Positions 1 through 9,045 of a stretch of 64,000 nucleotides of DNA are shown one piece after another. Below the pieces are notes generated by a model. It was not told the origin of the DNA. It saw only the letters and a list, made by a program, of their open reading frames with translations, and made no database searches. The translations under genes and the position numbers were made by a program. This stretch comes from Giardia intestinalis. Lineage: Eukaryota. Numbering within the stretch: the first letter of the stretch is position 1; the number at the start of each line of letters is the position of its first letter. The stretch lies in the NCBI GenBank assembly GCA_000002435.2, contig CM018791.1. One strand, 5' to 3'.

Positions 1-111
1 GGCGCTTCAGGTTCTTCGACGGGCTCCGCGGGGTCTGCAAGGCGTGCCTCCTCGGGCTCCTCAACGGGCGCTTCAGGTTCTTCGACGGGCGCCTCTTGCT
101 GCTCGGGCTGT
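1..111. repeat. Tandem repeat with ~66-bp period. The 24-mer ggcgcttcaggttcttcgacgggc is exact at 1-24 and 67-90, and the array probably continues past the left edge. It codes acidic Pro/Glu repeats (..EEPEAPVEEPE..) at the C-terminus of the minus-strand gene.
   Basis: Direct exact 24-mer match at a 66-bp offset. The motif ctcgggct also recurs at 51-58 and 104-111. Confidence 0.7.
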
Positions 112-2603
112 TTCTTTGCAGGAAGAGAAGAGTAACTCTTACTAGCAGTAAGCTGCTGTAAACCAACAGACTCAGGTTCCTTTCTACTTCGAGATTGTAA
201 TAGCGGGGTCCCATCTGGTCGAGTAAAATCTGTTAGAGGAGTACTACATGGTTCGTCCAAGATGTCTTCGCGAATCCTAGATAAAAGGATGATATTATCA
301 CAGACGTGCTCGTCGTCAACTTCATATACTTGAAAGTGTTTGGCTGTACTAGAATCCTCATAGTCTGTAGAGTCTAGACAGGCGTATCGCCCAGTACTAC
401 TACTTCGTACTTGTGAAGTAGTGATCCTATCAAAATGACTAGAAGTGATCACCACACATGGAATGTATTCATCGTTGATATTAACTTGACTCTCAGGATG
501 CTCGTTGTGTAGTAGATCAATTTCCCTTAGCAAGGATCCACCTGTCGAAAGAATATTTCTGGGTGAAGATATAGTTACAATAGTTGCGCTCATTACATCG
601 TCTCGAGAGGCGATTTCCGTGGCAGTTGACGGCGGAAGCAACGTACACTCACTTATTTTGGGAATAAGGGCAGTAGCAGGAGAAATAATATTTAGATCTT
701 TAGCATTGGTCGAGGAGCTTGGGGGCTGCGCAGTAAACTCAGCATATGGGTCCTCTGATGGTATGTCCAAACCTCCACTACTAGCTGCAAATGAAGGACC
801 AACCACTTCTGGTTCAATAATATCTGGATCCTCATGATAACTTTGTTCATCATAGGTGCTTAAATTCTGAGTTGATGATATGGATGAGTGAGCTAGTGCT
901 TGCATCTCTAGCGACTCCTCGTCCTTTGGAGGAGAAAGATTAACTATGGGAGCATCTTCGCGTAGATCATTGCCATCCATCTCAATAGTTGGTAGATCGG
1001 CTATCACTTCAGGTTGCGATGCAATCACAGCGGGAGATATTGACCCCGATGGCTCAAGCTGCACCTCGTGCTCATCAGGTTGTGGAAGTATAATATCCAG
1101 CGACGCCTTTAATGGTGGTAGAATAGTGGGCGCGCCTGATGAACCACTTAACGGTCTACTAGAGACATGAGTTGAAAGATGCTCATTAGATGCAAAATTC
1201 GCCTGTTCAGATTGACAAGCTTCGTTAGATACAGATGCATCTAAAGAAGAACGGTGGTCATCATCGGTAGAGCGTTCAATGTGAGCAATAGCAGAAGACT
1301 GTCTATGAGGAACAACACTTTCATCATCACCATCCGTTAGACGTCGTAGCAAGACTATTTTATTTGACCCTTCATCCTCCTGCGTAAAGATCCTGTCATA
1401 AACATCCAACGTATCCGAAGCTGAGAGCGGAGGAACAGCAACAATCCCACAATCACTTTTGTTTGCCTGCCTCATAAGATCGGTTAATTGGTTAATGGTT
1501 GTTCGCTCGACTGCAAATGCTGTGAACACTTCCTCTGGAGTCAGCTCCAGACAAGGAAGAGGAGCCTTGCCCATAGATGGCCCCCGCACCTGCTCTAAGT
1601 GTTCTACCCATCGCACCCCTAAATCATCTCCCTCAAAAGCAAACGTCATTGGAGGAGCAACCCCCAGTAGAAGAGCCAAGGATGCAAAATCATTGATAGG
1701 CGAGGCTGTGTCTACACCAGGGAGCATAACACATGCAGCTGGGGTATGAATGTTGTCATTTTGGTTTGAAAATTCTTCGTCTTTGACGCTATCCCACATA
1801 CCGTAGAAGGAAGATAACAGGGCTTTATGGTCAGATAAAGCTTGACTCTTGCTATACTTTAAAACAGTAAACATAACTGCAAAATCGACTTGATTGAAAC
1901 CTCTTTTCTTCATCCTCACGATGTAGTTTGGAGACTTCTGGGAAAATCCTGTTCTGAGAGGATTAAATGAAACTGGCTTTTCACAGATTACTCGTGATGC
2001 ATTGACGACAGAAACTATGGAAATTATAGATGACCGAAGAAGGAGGAGATCGTTTGCAAGGGACTTCCTGCTCCCCTTTCCTCCTTTCAAAGCGCTTTCA
2101 ATATTGCCAAAGGCGCTCTCATATTCCTGAATGCTTGTCAGGTATGCTTCTCTGAGATCTAAAAGAGCTTTTAACTTATTTATGTAGGTGGGGATCTCAG
2201 CCCTGTTTGCATCCAGTCGCTCATAAGCAAGATTGCGCTCTTCAATGCATACATCGAGGCTGTCCCACAGTGGTATAATATCTGTAAGAATATTCTTAGC
2301 CGTCTCAGTACGTCGCAACGGTGCTGGATTGTATGTGCGCGCAGTCTTGTAAGAAACGTCTTTTCTCGGCTTGTGCATTTGTTTTCTTGAGAGATCCGCG
2401 CTCATAAGCAAAGGATTTGCTTGCAAGTAGGGACTCTTGTAGGTGAACTTAGTGCCAGTCTGGGCAGACATGGCAGATGTATTAGTGACCAGACGCCCGC
2501 CAGAGGTAGGTCCACTATCACGACGAGACGTTCTCATTGCGTCAGTTTTTGGTGTGGATGATCGTAACACTGCCTGAGGTCTTGATCGGCCTCCAGTCCT
2601 CAT
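1..2603 (-). CDS. Hypothetical protein, 3'-truncated by the window edge. It is a paralog of the plus-strand gene at 2606..4525 and is Ser/Pro/acidic-rich with a C-terminal EEPEAP repeat.
   Basis: ATG is the reverse complement of 2601-2603. An open frame (MRTGGRSRPQAVLRSS...LWDSLDVCIEERNLAYERLDANRAEIPTYINKLKALLDLREAYL...) runs uninterrupted to position 1. It is absent from the ORF track because it has no in-window stop. The central ~200-aa block aligns by eye with ORF 2606..4525. Confidence 0.7.
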   Translation of the reverse strand, partial: MRTGGRSRPQAVLRSSTPKTDAMRTSRRDSGPTSGGRLVTNTSAMSAQTGTKFTYKSPYLQANPLLMSADLSRKQMHKPRKDVSYKTARTYNPAPLRRTETAKNILTDIIPLWDSLDVCIEERNLAYERLDANRAEIPTYINKLKALLDLREAYLTSIQEYESAFGNIESALKGGKGSRKSLANDLLLLRSSIISIVSVVNASRVICEKPVSFNPLRTGFSQKSPNYIVRMKKRGFNQVDFAVMFTVLKYSKSQALSDHKALLSSFYGMWDSVKDEEFSNQNDNIHTPAACVMLPGVDTASPINDFASLALLLGVAPPMTFAFEGDDLGVRWVEHLEQVRGPSMGKAPLPCLELTPEEVFTAFAVERTTINQLTDLMRQANKSDCGIVAVPPLSASDTLDVYDRIFTQEDEGSNKIVLLRRLTDGDDESVVPHRQSSAIAHIERSTDDDHRSSLDASVSNEACQSEQANFASNEHLSTHVSSRPLSGSSGAPTILPPLKASLDIILPQPDEHEVQLEPSGSISPAVIASQPEVIADLPTIEMDGNDLREDAPIVNLSPPKDEESLEMQALAHSSISSTQNLSTYDEQSYHEDPDIIEPEVVGPSFAASSGGLDIPSEDPYAEFTAQPPSSSTNAKDLNIISPATALIPKISECTLLPPSTATEIASRDDVMSATIVTISSPRNILSTGGSLLREIDLLHNEHPESQVNINDEYIPCVVITSSHFDRITTSQVRSSSTGRYACLDSTDYEDSSTAKHFQVYEVDDEHVCDNIILLSRIREDILDEPCSTPLTDFTRPDGTPLLQSRSRKEPESVGLQQLTASKSYSSLPAKKQPEQQEAPVEEPEAPVEEPEEARLADPAEPVEEPEA

Positions 2604-2605
2604 AG

Positions 2606-4525
2606 ATGAATCCGGAAACATTTGGTCCGCGATTTTTAAAATCCGGTTATAAATACGCCGACTGTCTTGGGAGCTTAAAGGAGGTCCAAAGGCTGCGTTC
2701 ACTCACATCCGTCTCTCCTGCTTCAGGCTTGAGTTCACATTCTCTGCGACAAAACATGGCTACTCCTTCTCCTATTCGTAAGCATTCACAAAAGCAGGAA
2801 GAACGCCACGCCTTTTGGCGTTCACTTCTGCTAAAGTGTCCTGTGTTTGTTCCTGTTCAAGGGTCGACACACAAACTGCAAAAGATCACCGCTTACAGTA
2901 TCTCCAAGCATGTGAATCGTACACGAGCAAACAGTCAATTAAACCCAGTTAGAACCCCTCCCCTTTCCAGGTCATTAACCAAAGCTGTCCCTGGATCACT
3001 TCAAAATACCCGAACGCCGCGTGGCTCTGCTGTCAGCTCAACCATCCGGAACACACCTCCCATAAGAAAACCCGGCCTCACCACGTCTGTTCTTTCTAAT
3101 GACTCACTACTCTCACCATCCGGCACTACATCATTTGCAGTCTTCAAGCACCTCCCTAAGGGCTCTATAAATGGAAGTCTCTCTACGAGAAAGTCAACTG
3201 CAGAGCTGACTCTCTCAGAATGGACCCATCTCGAAGAAATGCAGACAGACTTAGGGCTTTGCGAGGCGGAAATTGCGTATTCAAAAGTTACGATCAAAAA
3301 CAACCCGGCATTGGGTAAAGCATACTTCCGTAGAACAAAAAACCTTACTGAGTACAATTCTGCGTATCGAATAGCATATAAGGAGCGTGCAATCGTCTTA
3401 GCTCGTGTCCAGAAAAATATAAAAGAGCTTCGTGGTTCACGCATCGCTCTGCTACGTTCTCTTGAGCGGCTTCGCGCTCTGACTATCTACATGTGCTCAT
3501 TGATTAATGCTGCTCGCTTGATCTGTGGGAAACCAGTAGTTCTGCCAGGGCTCAATTTATACAGTGAGCAAAACTGGCTCTATGACCTACGGCGTGAGCT
3601 CTTTATGAGCAGGAAAACCACCGCGATACTGCTTACGGTGTTCAAGCTCTTTGGTAGAAAAACATATGAGGATGTGCGCTCTGTTGTTGATGCGTATTTT
3701 ACATCGTGTATTACCGATTTTCCCCCTACTCTGTCACTGTCCGAGCAAGAGCTAAGCCGAACGCTTGGCATGCCACCTAATGAAGATGCTTCACTTAAGA
3801 GCACTATGTCAGCTTCTAGCGCCCCTGCGATCAACGGTAAGACAGCTAGTGATGATGGATCGTCGCAACCTACTCTTGAGGCAGCGTACATTCCCGACGA
3901 TAGCATGAATAACATGGGCTATTTCTCCAGAATGGACGGGCTATCTATGACCGATACCATCTATGATGAAGATGCAGATCTTGACAGAGTTACTGCGGGA
4001 GACGTGGCTCTCTACCTTTTGTTGGGTGTTAGCGCAGAAGAAATCTTCGACGGAGATGATTTGGCAGTGGCATGGAATACTCATATAGATAAAATCATAA
4101 ATACATATCAACGCCTATCAAATGTGGAATTAGAGGAGGTCCCGTCATTACAGGACCTGCCAATTGTAGACATTCCCTTGTTGACAGGGCTCCAAATTGT
4201 GGAGATGGCTCGAACAGAAACTTTTATTGTGTCTGATTACATAAACCTCCTCAAGGACTTCGATAACGTTGGCTTGGACGTTGTCAGAATACCAGTTGAT
4301 CCATCCGACCCCTTTGAGACGTATAGAGTTAACTTTGATCTATCTCTACTACGCGACAGTGCAGATCTAGCAGCATTTGAGTTAGATGGAAAATGTATTG
4401 GGTGCTCTTCTCTGTCCTCGAAAACTGCTCCTAGTTGCCCCGATGAAACAGCACATAGACCCAATAATTCTTCTCGCTCATCTGTATTTTCATTAACCAA
4501 GAGCATCTCAGTGGAGGAGAATTGA
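2606..4525 (+). CDS. Hypothetical protein, paralog of the divergent minus-strand gene upstream. A shorter alternative start is at 2756 (MATPSP, with caaaacATGg context).
   Basis: 639-aa ORF. The conserved block (EEMQTDLGLCEAEIAYSKV...IALLRSLERLRALTIYMCSLINAARLICGKPVVLPGL...TAILLTVFKLFGRKTYEDVRSVVDAYF) matches the minus-strand protein (LWDSLDVCIEERNLAYERL...LANDLLLLRSSIISIVSVVNASRVICEKPVSFNPL...FAVMFTVLKYSKSQALSDHKALLSSFY). Confidence 0.65.
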   Translation: MNPETFGPRFLKSGYKYADCLGSLKEVQRLRSLTSVSPASGLSSHSLRQNMATPSPIRKHSQKQEERHAFWRSLLLKCPVFVPVQGSTHKLQKITAYSISKHVNRTRANSQLNPVRTPPLSRSLTKAVPGSLQNTRTPRGSAVSSTIRNTPPIRKPGLTTSVLSNDSLLSPSGTTSFAVFKHLPKGSINGSLSTRKSTAELTLSEWTHLEEMQTDLGLCEAEIAYSKVTIKNNPALGKAYFRRTKNLTEYNSAYRIAYKERAIVLARVQKNIKELRGSRIALLRSLERLRALTIYMCSLINAARLICGKPVVLPGLNLYSEQNWLYDLRRELFMSRKTTAILLTVFKLFGRKTYEDVRSVVDAYFTSCITDFPPTLSLSEQELSRTLGMPPNEDASLKSTMSASSAPAINGKTASDDGSSQPTLEAAYIPDDSMNNMGYFSRMDGLSMTDTIYDEDADLDRVTAGDVALYLLLGVSAEEIFDGDDLAVAWNTHIDKIINTYQRLSNVELEEVPSLQDLPIVDIPLLTGLQIVEMARTETFIVSDYINLLKDFDNVGLDVVRIPVDPSDPFETYRVNFDLSLLRDSADLAAFELDGKCIGCSSLSSKTAPSCPDETAHRPNNSSRSSVFSLTKSISVEEN

Positions 4526-4582
4526 CCCCTCTTTTCTGAGAGCCGCGGAAATTTAAAAAGCTTCGTCCTTTGCTTTTACCCC

Positions 4583-5104
4583 ATGTCGCTTTCGCCCATC
4601 AGCATGAAGACAAGCCATTGGCAATATAGGAGGCCCACAAAGCAGCACATGAGCTGGGACTACTTTGAGTTGCTGAATCTTTACCGCGCAATAACTTTCG
4701 CAGGACTGAGTTACCTCAGCGGTGACGGTTTGCCAGAGGATGACTTGGTGATTGAGCAGTTTTATACTCTGAAAAAGGACTATATAAAGAAGTTTGAGCC
4801 TCTGGCCGTTTATCAAATGTATAGGGCACAAGTTCAGCGTACTCTGTTGCTAGGGGTAAATCATGATTGGATGACCTCCTTGCTGAGCATAGTTTTCCGG
4901 CTGTTGCGCGCAGAGGCGTGTATTCCTCATGAGAAGATAATGGCAGTCATAAATAACTTAACAAACCACGTCCACGAATACATCAAGGAAAATGCAGAAC
5001 ACAGGATATCTGGCTTTCTTGAGCGGTGGTCCCTTTCTAATAATGTTTTGCCTTCTCGCTGTCCGTCGGCCCACTTCAAACGCACCACAAGGGAACGAAT
5101 TTAA
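4583..5104 (+). CDS. Hypothetical protein, 173 aa.
   Basis: ATG-initiated ORF with codon and composition like its neighbours. No family recognised. Confidence 0.45.
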   Translation: MSLSPISMKTSHWQYRRPTKQHMSWDYFELLNLYRAITFAGLSYLSGDGLPEDDLVIEQFYTLKKDYIKKFEPLAVYQMYRAQVQRTLLLGVNHDWMTSLLSIVFRLLRAEACIPHEKIMAVINNLTNHVHEYIKENAEHRISGFLERWSLSNNVLPSRCPSAHFKRTTRERI

Positions 5105-5109
5105 TAAAT

Positions 5110-6312
5110 ATGCCTTCTATTATTGACGCGAAGTCTTTTATAGAGGCACCCTCAAGGCATGGCCGTGCCTCTCCGCTCGATGCTGATCCTTGGGAAGATC
5201 TACCGACTATGAAGGTGGCCGTCGGAGCTGCACAACTGGTGTTACAAAAGTGCGGGGAGAGCAGTATGTTCTTGAACATGCACTACTCAACGAGCGTTAC
5301 TTCCCGCAAGATTGCAATCAGGACATCTCCCTTTTTAAACGAAAAGCGTGTCAGCCGAGGGGCTTTAGCTGGAGACCAAGGAATCCCTAGTCATGTCAAG
5401 CCCGCTGTTTCTGTTATATTACTTGTCTCTTCCGCGTGCGCTAAAGCAGCCTCAGAGATTAGGAAGCAGATTTATGAGAGGTTCTATTGTAAGGAGGCCC
5501 AGCATCCAATCACTGATCCCGGAGATGACTTCAATGTCGTCCTCATAATCACAAGAAAACATCTAGAAGCCATGTTTAACAAGCACACAGGCTCGTTTGT
5601 GCGCACGTACTATTACGATAAACTTACAGAACTGCGCCGTGGTACGCGGCTCATGTGCTTAATGGACATTAGATTGCAGAAAGACCCTGTTGAGGGTAAA
5701 GTAATGACAACGCTGATGCAAGCTTTCACTGCTCCGCCATATGTTTTGGACATTAACTGCAAGGATTTTACTTTTAAGGTCATCGCGGGCTGCTTGGGCC
5801 ATGATCTATGGCTCTACCCGTGGAGAGAGGCCTCTCTCAATTCTACCGAAATTTCCTTGATGAACTCCCATGCACGAACAGAGTACTTGCACATCCGTGA
5901 CTTCATCACAACCTATGACGCCCGAAAGGCACGGACAGCAGCTGTGGACTCAGATGGTAACTGCTATCTCTTAGAAAGTAGGAAAGTCCTTCCATCTGAG
6001 TTTTCCATAACCATGCTGCATTTGAGTGGCGGGAAAGTGGAGAATTGTTTCGTTGGATCCACAAAAGAGCCACCCGATATGATAGCAAAGCGCATTTTCC
6101 TAGTTGGGAAAGTCCTTAGACTGGCATGTCCTGATCTTACGGTCTCTGCTTTTACTGTAGGGGGGATTTCTGCTCCACAAGTGCCTCTCTCGCAAGAGGG
6201 GCTGGGGTCATTGAGAACCTCCACTTTAGAGCTACCTAAATTGGATGGGCGGACGCACCCTATGAGTTCTAGAGATACCAAGCACAACAAAAGAAGTAAA
6301 GTGAAACTTTGA
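5110..6312 (+). CDS. Hypothetical protein, 400 aa.
   Basis: ATG at 5110 preceded by AT-rich aatttaataaat, only 5 nt after the upstream stop. No family recognised. Confidence 0.5.
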   Translation: MPSIIDAKSFIEAPSRHGRASPLDADPWEDLPTMKVAVGAAQLVLQKCGESSMFLNMHYSTSVTSRKIAIRTSPFLNEKRVSRGALAGDQGIPSHVKPAVSVILLVSSACAKAASEIRKQIYERFYCKEAQHPITDPGDDFNVVLIITRKHLEAMFNKHTGSFVRTYYYDKLTELRRGTRLMCLMDIRLQKDPVEGKVMTTLMQAFTAPPYVLDINCKDFTFKVIAGCLGHDLWLYPWREASLNSTEISLMNSHARTEYLHIRDFITTYDARKARTAAVDSDGNCYLLESRKVLPSEFSITMLHLSGGKVENCFVGSTKEPPDMIAKRIFLVGKVLRLACPDLTVSAFTVGGISAPQVPLSQEGLGSLRTSTLELPKLDGRTHPMSSRDTKHNKRSKVKL

Positions 6313-6477
6313 ATGTGTTTGTGCATTTTATGCGTAACGACTCGACCTGGTACTGAGGTGGAATACAGAGTCGAATTCTCGGATACACAACTTTGTTCTA
6401 GTTATGTTCTGGTTGCCTTGGTATCTCTACAGCTGGTAAGACACATACAGATTGATTTTAAAAAGTCCAAAATTCCG

Positions 6478-8907
6478 ATGGATCTTTCTGTTAAGCAACG
6501 CCTGAAGCTCTGCAAGGCAGAATTCGATGCTTGCTTTAGGCAGCTGCAATATGATAAGGCGTTACGCGCCATATGTCATGCAATAGAGATTACTCCAGAT
6601 GATGTAAGCTTATATCTTAATAGAGCACAGTGTTACACCCAAATGGGCTTAACCCAAAAGGCCACCGAAGATGCACTCTATGTAATTGCAGCAGAACCAA
6701 ACGATCACAGAGGATACCGCAGTAGAGCAGACGCACTCCTTTATCAGGGTGAATTTGAATTTTCACTCATTGACTATTATCATTGTATTGAAATGCGGCC
6801 TGATCTGGTAGACCACGAGACGGGCGTCAAGCGTTGCGAAGATGCAGTGAAAAAGGCAATTTTATATGATGACAAAGATATAGAACTCATTCTAGAACTG
6901 TTGGAGCTTGGGGTAATTGTTGAGGGCACCGTCTCTCATTCTTCGACTAAGGGGTTTTCCTTATGGACCCCGCCAGAACTTCCTGAAGAAGAGGATGTCG
7001 AGGGTTCACAATCTCTTGGCAATTTTCTGGCTCCATTAACCGACGAGAACCTTTCGAAAGATCTGCGGATACAGCAAAAACGCAAACCCGTAGACAACAT
7101 TATAGTGCAAAGGCCTAAAACAACTCGACCGAAGAGCAGCCGTCTGCCCTTCTTTGATTTAGGAGCAGATAAGGACTTTCTTCGCGAATTACAATCGTTT
7201 CCGTTAGTCAAGGATCTTGCCGCGATGGGTACTGAATACATTGACCAACGAGAGCAATACTGGGGTCAATTGGCCAAGAAGGGGTATAGCTCCGATCACA
7301 ACTCGCGCCGGCCTAACTCTGTCAAAGCACGGCCAAAGAAGGAATCAATTCCAACCTCATCTGAGCGCTCTCACTCAGCAAAAGTGCCTGATACACTTTC
7401 ATACAATCGGCGAAGACTCTTGGAAGCGACAAAGTCCGGATCTAACATCAAGAAATTAGTCCCCTACACCTCTAAAGCGGTCGAAATGGCGCATGGTTCC
7501 CCTGCTGCTTCTCCAAAGCGATCACGTAGTCCAGTGGCGAGTCAGGCACCTGAGTCATCATCAGGGGCGTCAGGATTACATTCACAGATTGCTGCAGCTG
7601 TTGCCATGAGTGCACGACTCCAAATGCTCCAGAATGCTCAGGGCCTTTCATTGGAAGAAGCGCCTCCCACAGATACCCGTGTCTCAGACTCTATTTCAAA
7701 CACAGATACCGATCAGTGTTTGTTTGACGAGCATATCGTACGAGCAGGAGCACACATTAAGCAGCGGAGTTCGTCTGAATCTACAAGGTCGACTTTAGAC
7801 ACAAAACCCCCCATCGATCCATATCTTCAGGTGACAAAGAAGGTTAACAAAAACACTCACCTCATGCATAATACGCCCAACCACAGACCTTCTACCTCTA
7901 AGGCCGCATCTGTAACGAAAAAGCCTTCGTCTGCATCGCGTCCACCCAAAACACGGAATAGAACAATAGAGCTGTCTGTTACCGACAAGCGTGATTACAT
8001 TGGAGGAGTCGCTGGATTGGCTGCAGAAACACGGTCTAGCAGCATCCGGTCCCAGGCCTTTTCAAGGTACATCCTCAACACCGTGACTGCCGAGGCCCTT
8101 GCCAGCAAGCGCTCAAAGGTCAACCCGGTGACCTTGGCCCAGGAGGCCCGTACCTTAGAGACTTGGATAGACGGAAAGCAGAGAGATGTCCTTGATGCGG
8201 TTCAAAACGGGCTTCTCTGCGACTCTATCAAGCTCTGTAAAGAGGTTTTGGAGCGTATATGCAAGGGAGACCGGGTGTCGAAGGCTCTTCAAGATCTTCC
8301 ACGTCGAAAAGCACAGTTTTACCTTTATATCGGGTGTACCTATTTTCTCTTAGACCAACGTCAGACTGACCACTCGCGGTCATGCCTTGCGAGTTTAAAG
8401 AACGCAGTCGACTATGCCAATCTGACGAAGGATTCGGTTCTGATACTGCAGTCTGTTCGTGAGCTTTCCAAGGCCATGCTTAATATGGGACAGGCCTTCA
8501 AGGCGATCGTGCCTCTTAAGAGCATTCTGCGACATTTTGAAGACATTCCACTGCTGGAGGCAGATACACTACTGTGCATTGGGAGGGCATACCATGACGG
8601 GGGTGACTATCTGAATGGGCTCACATACACCCACGAAGCTCTCGCTATCTATCAACGCCTCTACGTTAATGAAGACGAGCTCCCGATAGATTTTCCTGGC
8701 AAGCGGTGCAAGTATACTGTCTTCACAGAGCTGTCTCCGCGTCACAACTACTGCTTCTGCCTCTGTCTCATCGGCCGGTGCCACTTAGCCCAAAATGACA
8801 AAGCCCTAGCAAAGCAGTATCTTGAGCATTGCAAGAGCCTCGGAAAATTATGGAAAGACAGCACGGCATGGCACACGGCCACGGAGCTGCTCAGATTCAT
8901 TTATTAG
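6478..8907 (+). CDS. TPR-repeat protein with N-terminal TPRs, a Ser/Pro-rich disordered middle and a C-terminal TPR-like region. The ORF is open from 6313, but the likely start is ATG 6478 (MDLSVK).
   Basis: TPR signature KAEFDACFRQLQYDKALRAICHAIEITPDDVSLYLNRAQCYTQMGLTQKATEDALYVIAAEPNDHRGYRSRADALLYQGEF. AT-rich initiator attgattttaaaaagtccaaaattccgATG lies just upstream of 6478. Confidence 0.65.
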   Translation: MDLSVKQRLKLCKAEFDACFRQLQYDKALRAICHAIEITPDDVSLYLNRAQCYTQMGLTQKATEDALYVIAAEPNDHRGYRSRADALLYQGEFEFSLIDYYHCIEMRPDLVDHETGVKRCEDAVKKAILYDDKDIELILELLELGVIVEGTVSHSSTKGFSLWTPPELPEEEDVEGSQSLGNFLAPLTDENLSKDLRIQQKRKPVDNIIVQRPKTTRPKSSRLPFFDLGADKDFLRELQSFPLVKDLAAMGTEYIDQREQYWGQLAKKGYSSDHNSRRPNSVKARPKKESIPTSSERSHSAKVPDTLSYNRRRLLEATKSGSNIKKLVPYTSKAVEMAHGSPAASPKRSRSPVASQAPESSSGASGLHSQIAAAVAMSARLQMLQNAQGLSLEEAPPTDTRVSDSISNTDTDQCLFDEHIVRAGAHIKQRSSSESTRSTLDTKPPIDPYLQVTKKVNKNTHLMHNTPNHRPSTSKAASVTKKPSSASRPPKTRNRTIELSVTDKRDYIGGVAGLAAETRSSSIRSQAFSRYILNTVTAEALASKRSKVNPVTLAQEARTLETWIDGKQRDVLDAVQNGLLCDSIKLCKEVLERICKGDRVSKALQDLPRRKAQFYLYIGCTYFLLDQRQTDHSRSCLASLKNAVDYANLTKDSVLILQSVRELSKAMLNMGQAFKAIVPLKSILRHFEDIPLLEADTLLCIGRAYHDGGDYLNGLTYTHEALAIYQRLYVNEDELPIDFPGKRCKYTVFTELSPRHNYCFCLCLIGRCHLAQNDKALAKQYLEHCKSLGKLWKDSTAWHTATELLRFIY

Positions 8908-9045
8908 TTAAACTTCCTCTGCCTGTAAGATATACCAATTACCAAAGGCCACTTAAATTCCTATCTTAATATCTGTAGTTATAAAATTTTAACAGACTTC
9001 TGTAAGATTTAGCACGTTGCATGAACAGAAATCCCAAAAAAGTAA

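Noticed and set aside
3001-3444. Antisense ORFs inside long genes: 3001..3444(-), 14343..14744(+), 17926..18489(+), 21707..22372(+), 34950..35597(+), 36577..37035(+), 58222..58743(+), 58554..59063(-)
   Set aside because: All lie wholly within and opposite to much longer, motif-supported genes. Their compositions reflect the sense-strand codon bias (Ala/Arg/Ser-rich, or Cys-codon periodicity inside the HCMP). They are spurious.
4583-6312. Merging 4583..5104 and 5110..6312 into one frameshifted gene
   Set aside because: The two ORFs are in different frames and separated by TAA plus 5 nt. The second has its own strong AT-rich initiator (aatttaataaatATG). Both are kept as separate small genes, consistent with the packing seen elsewhere.
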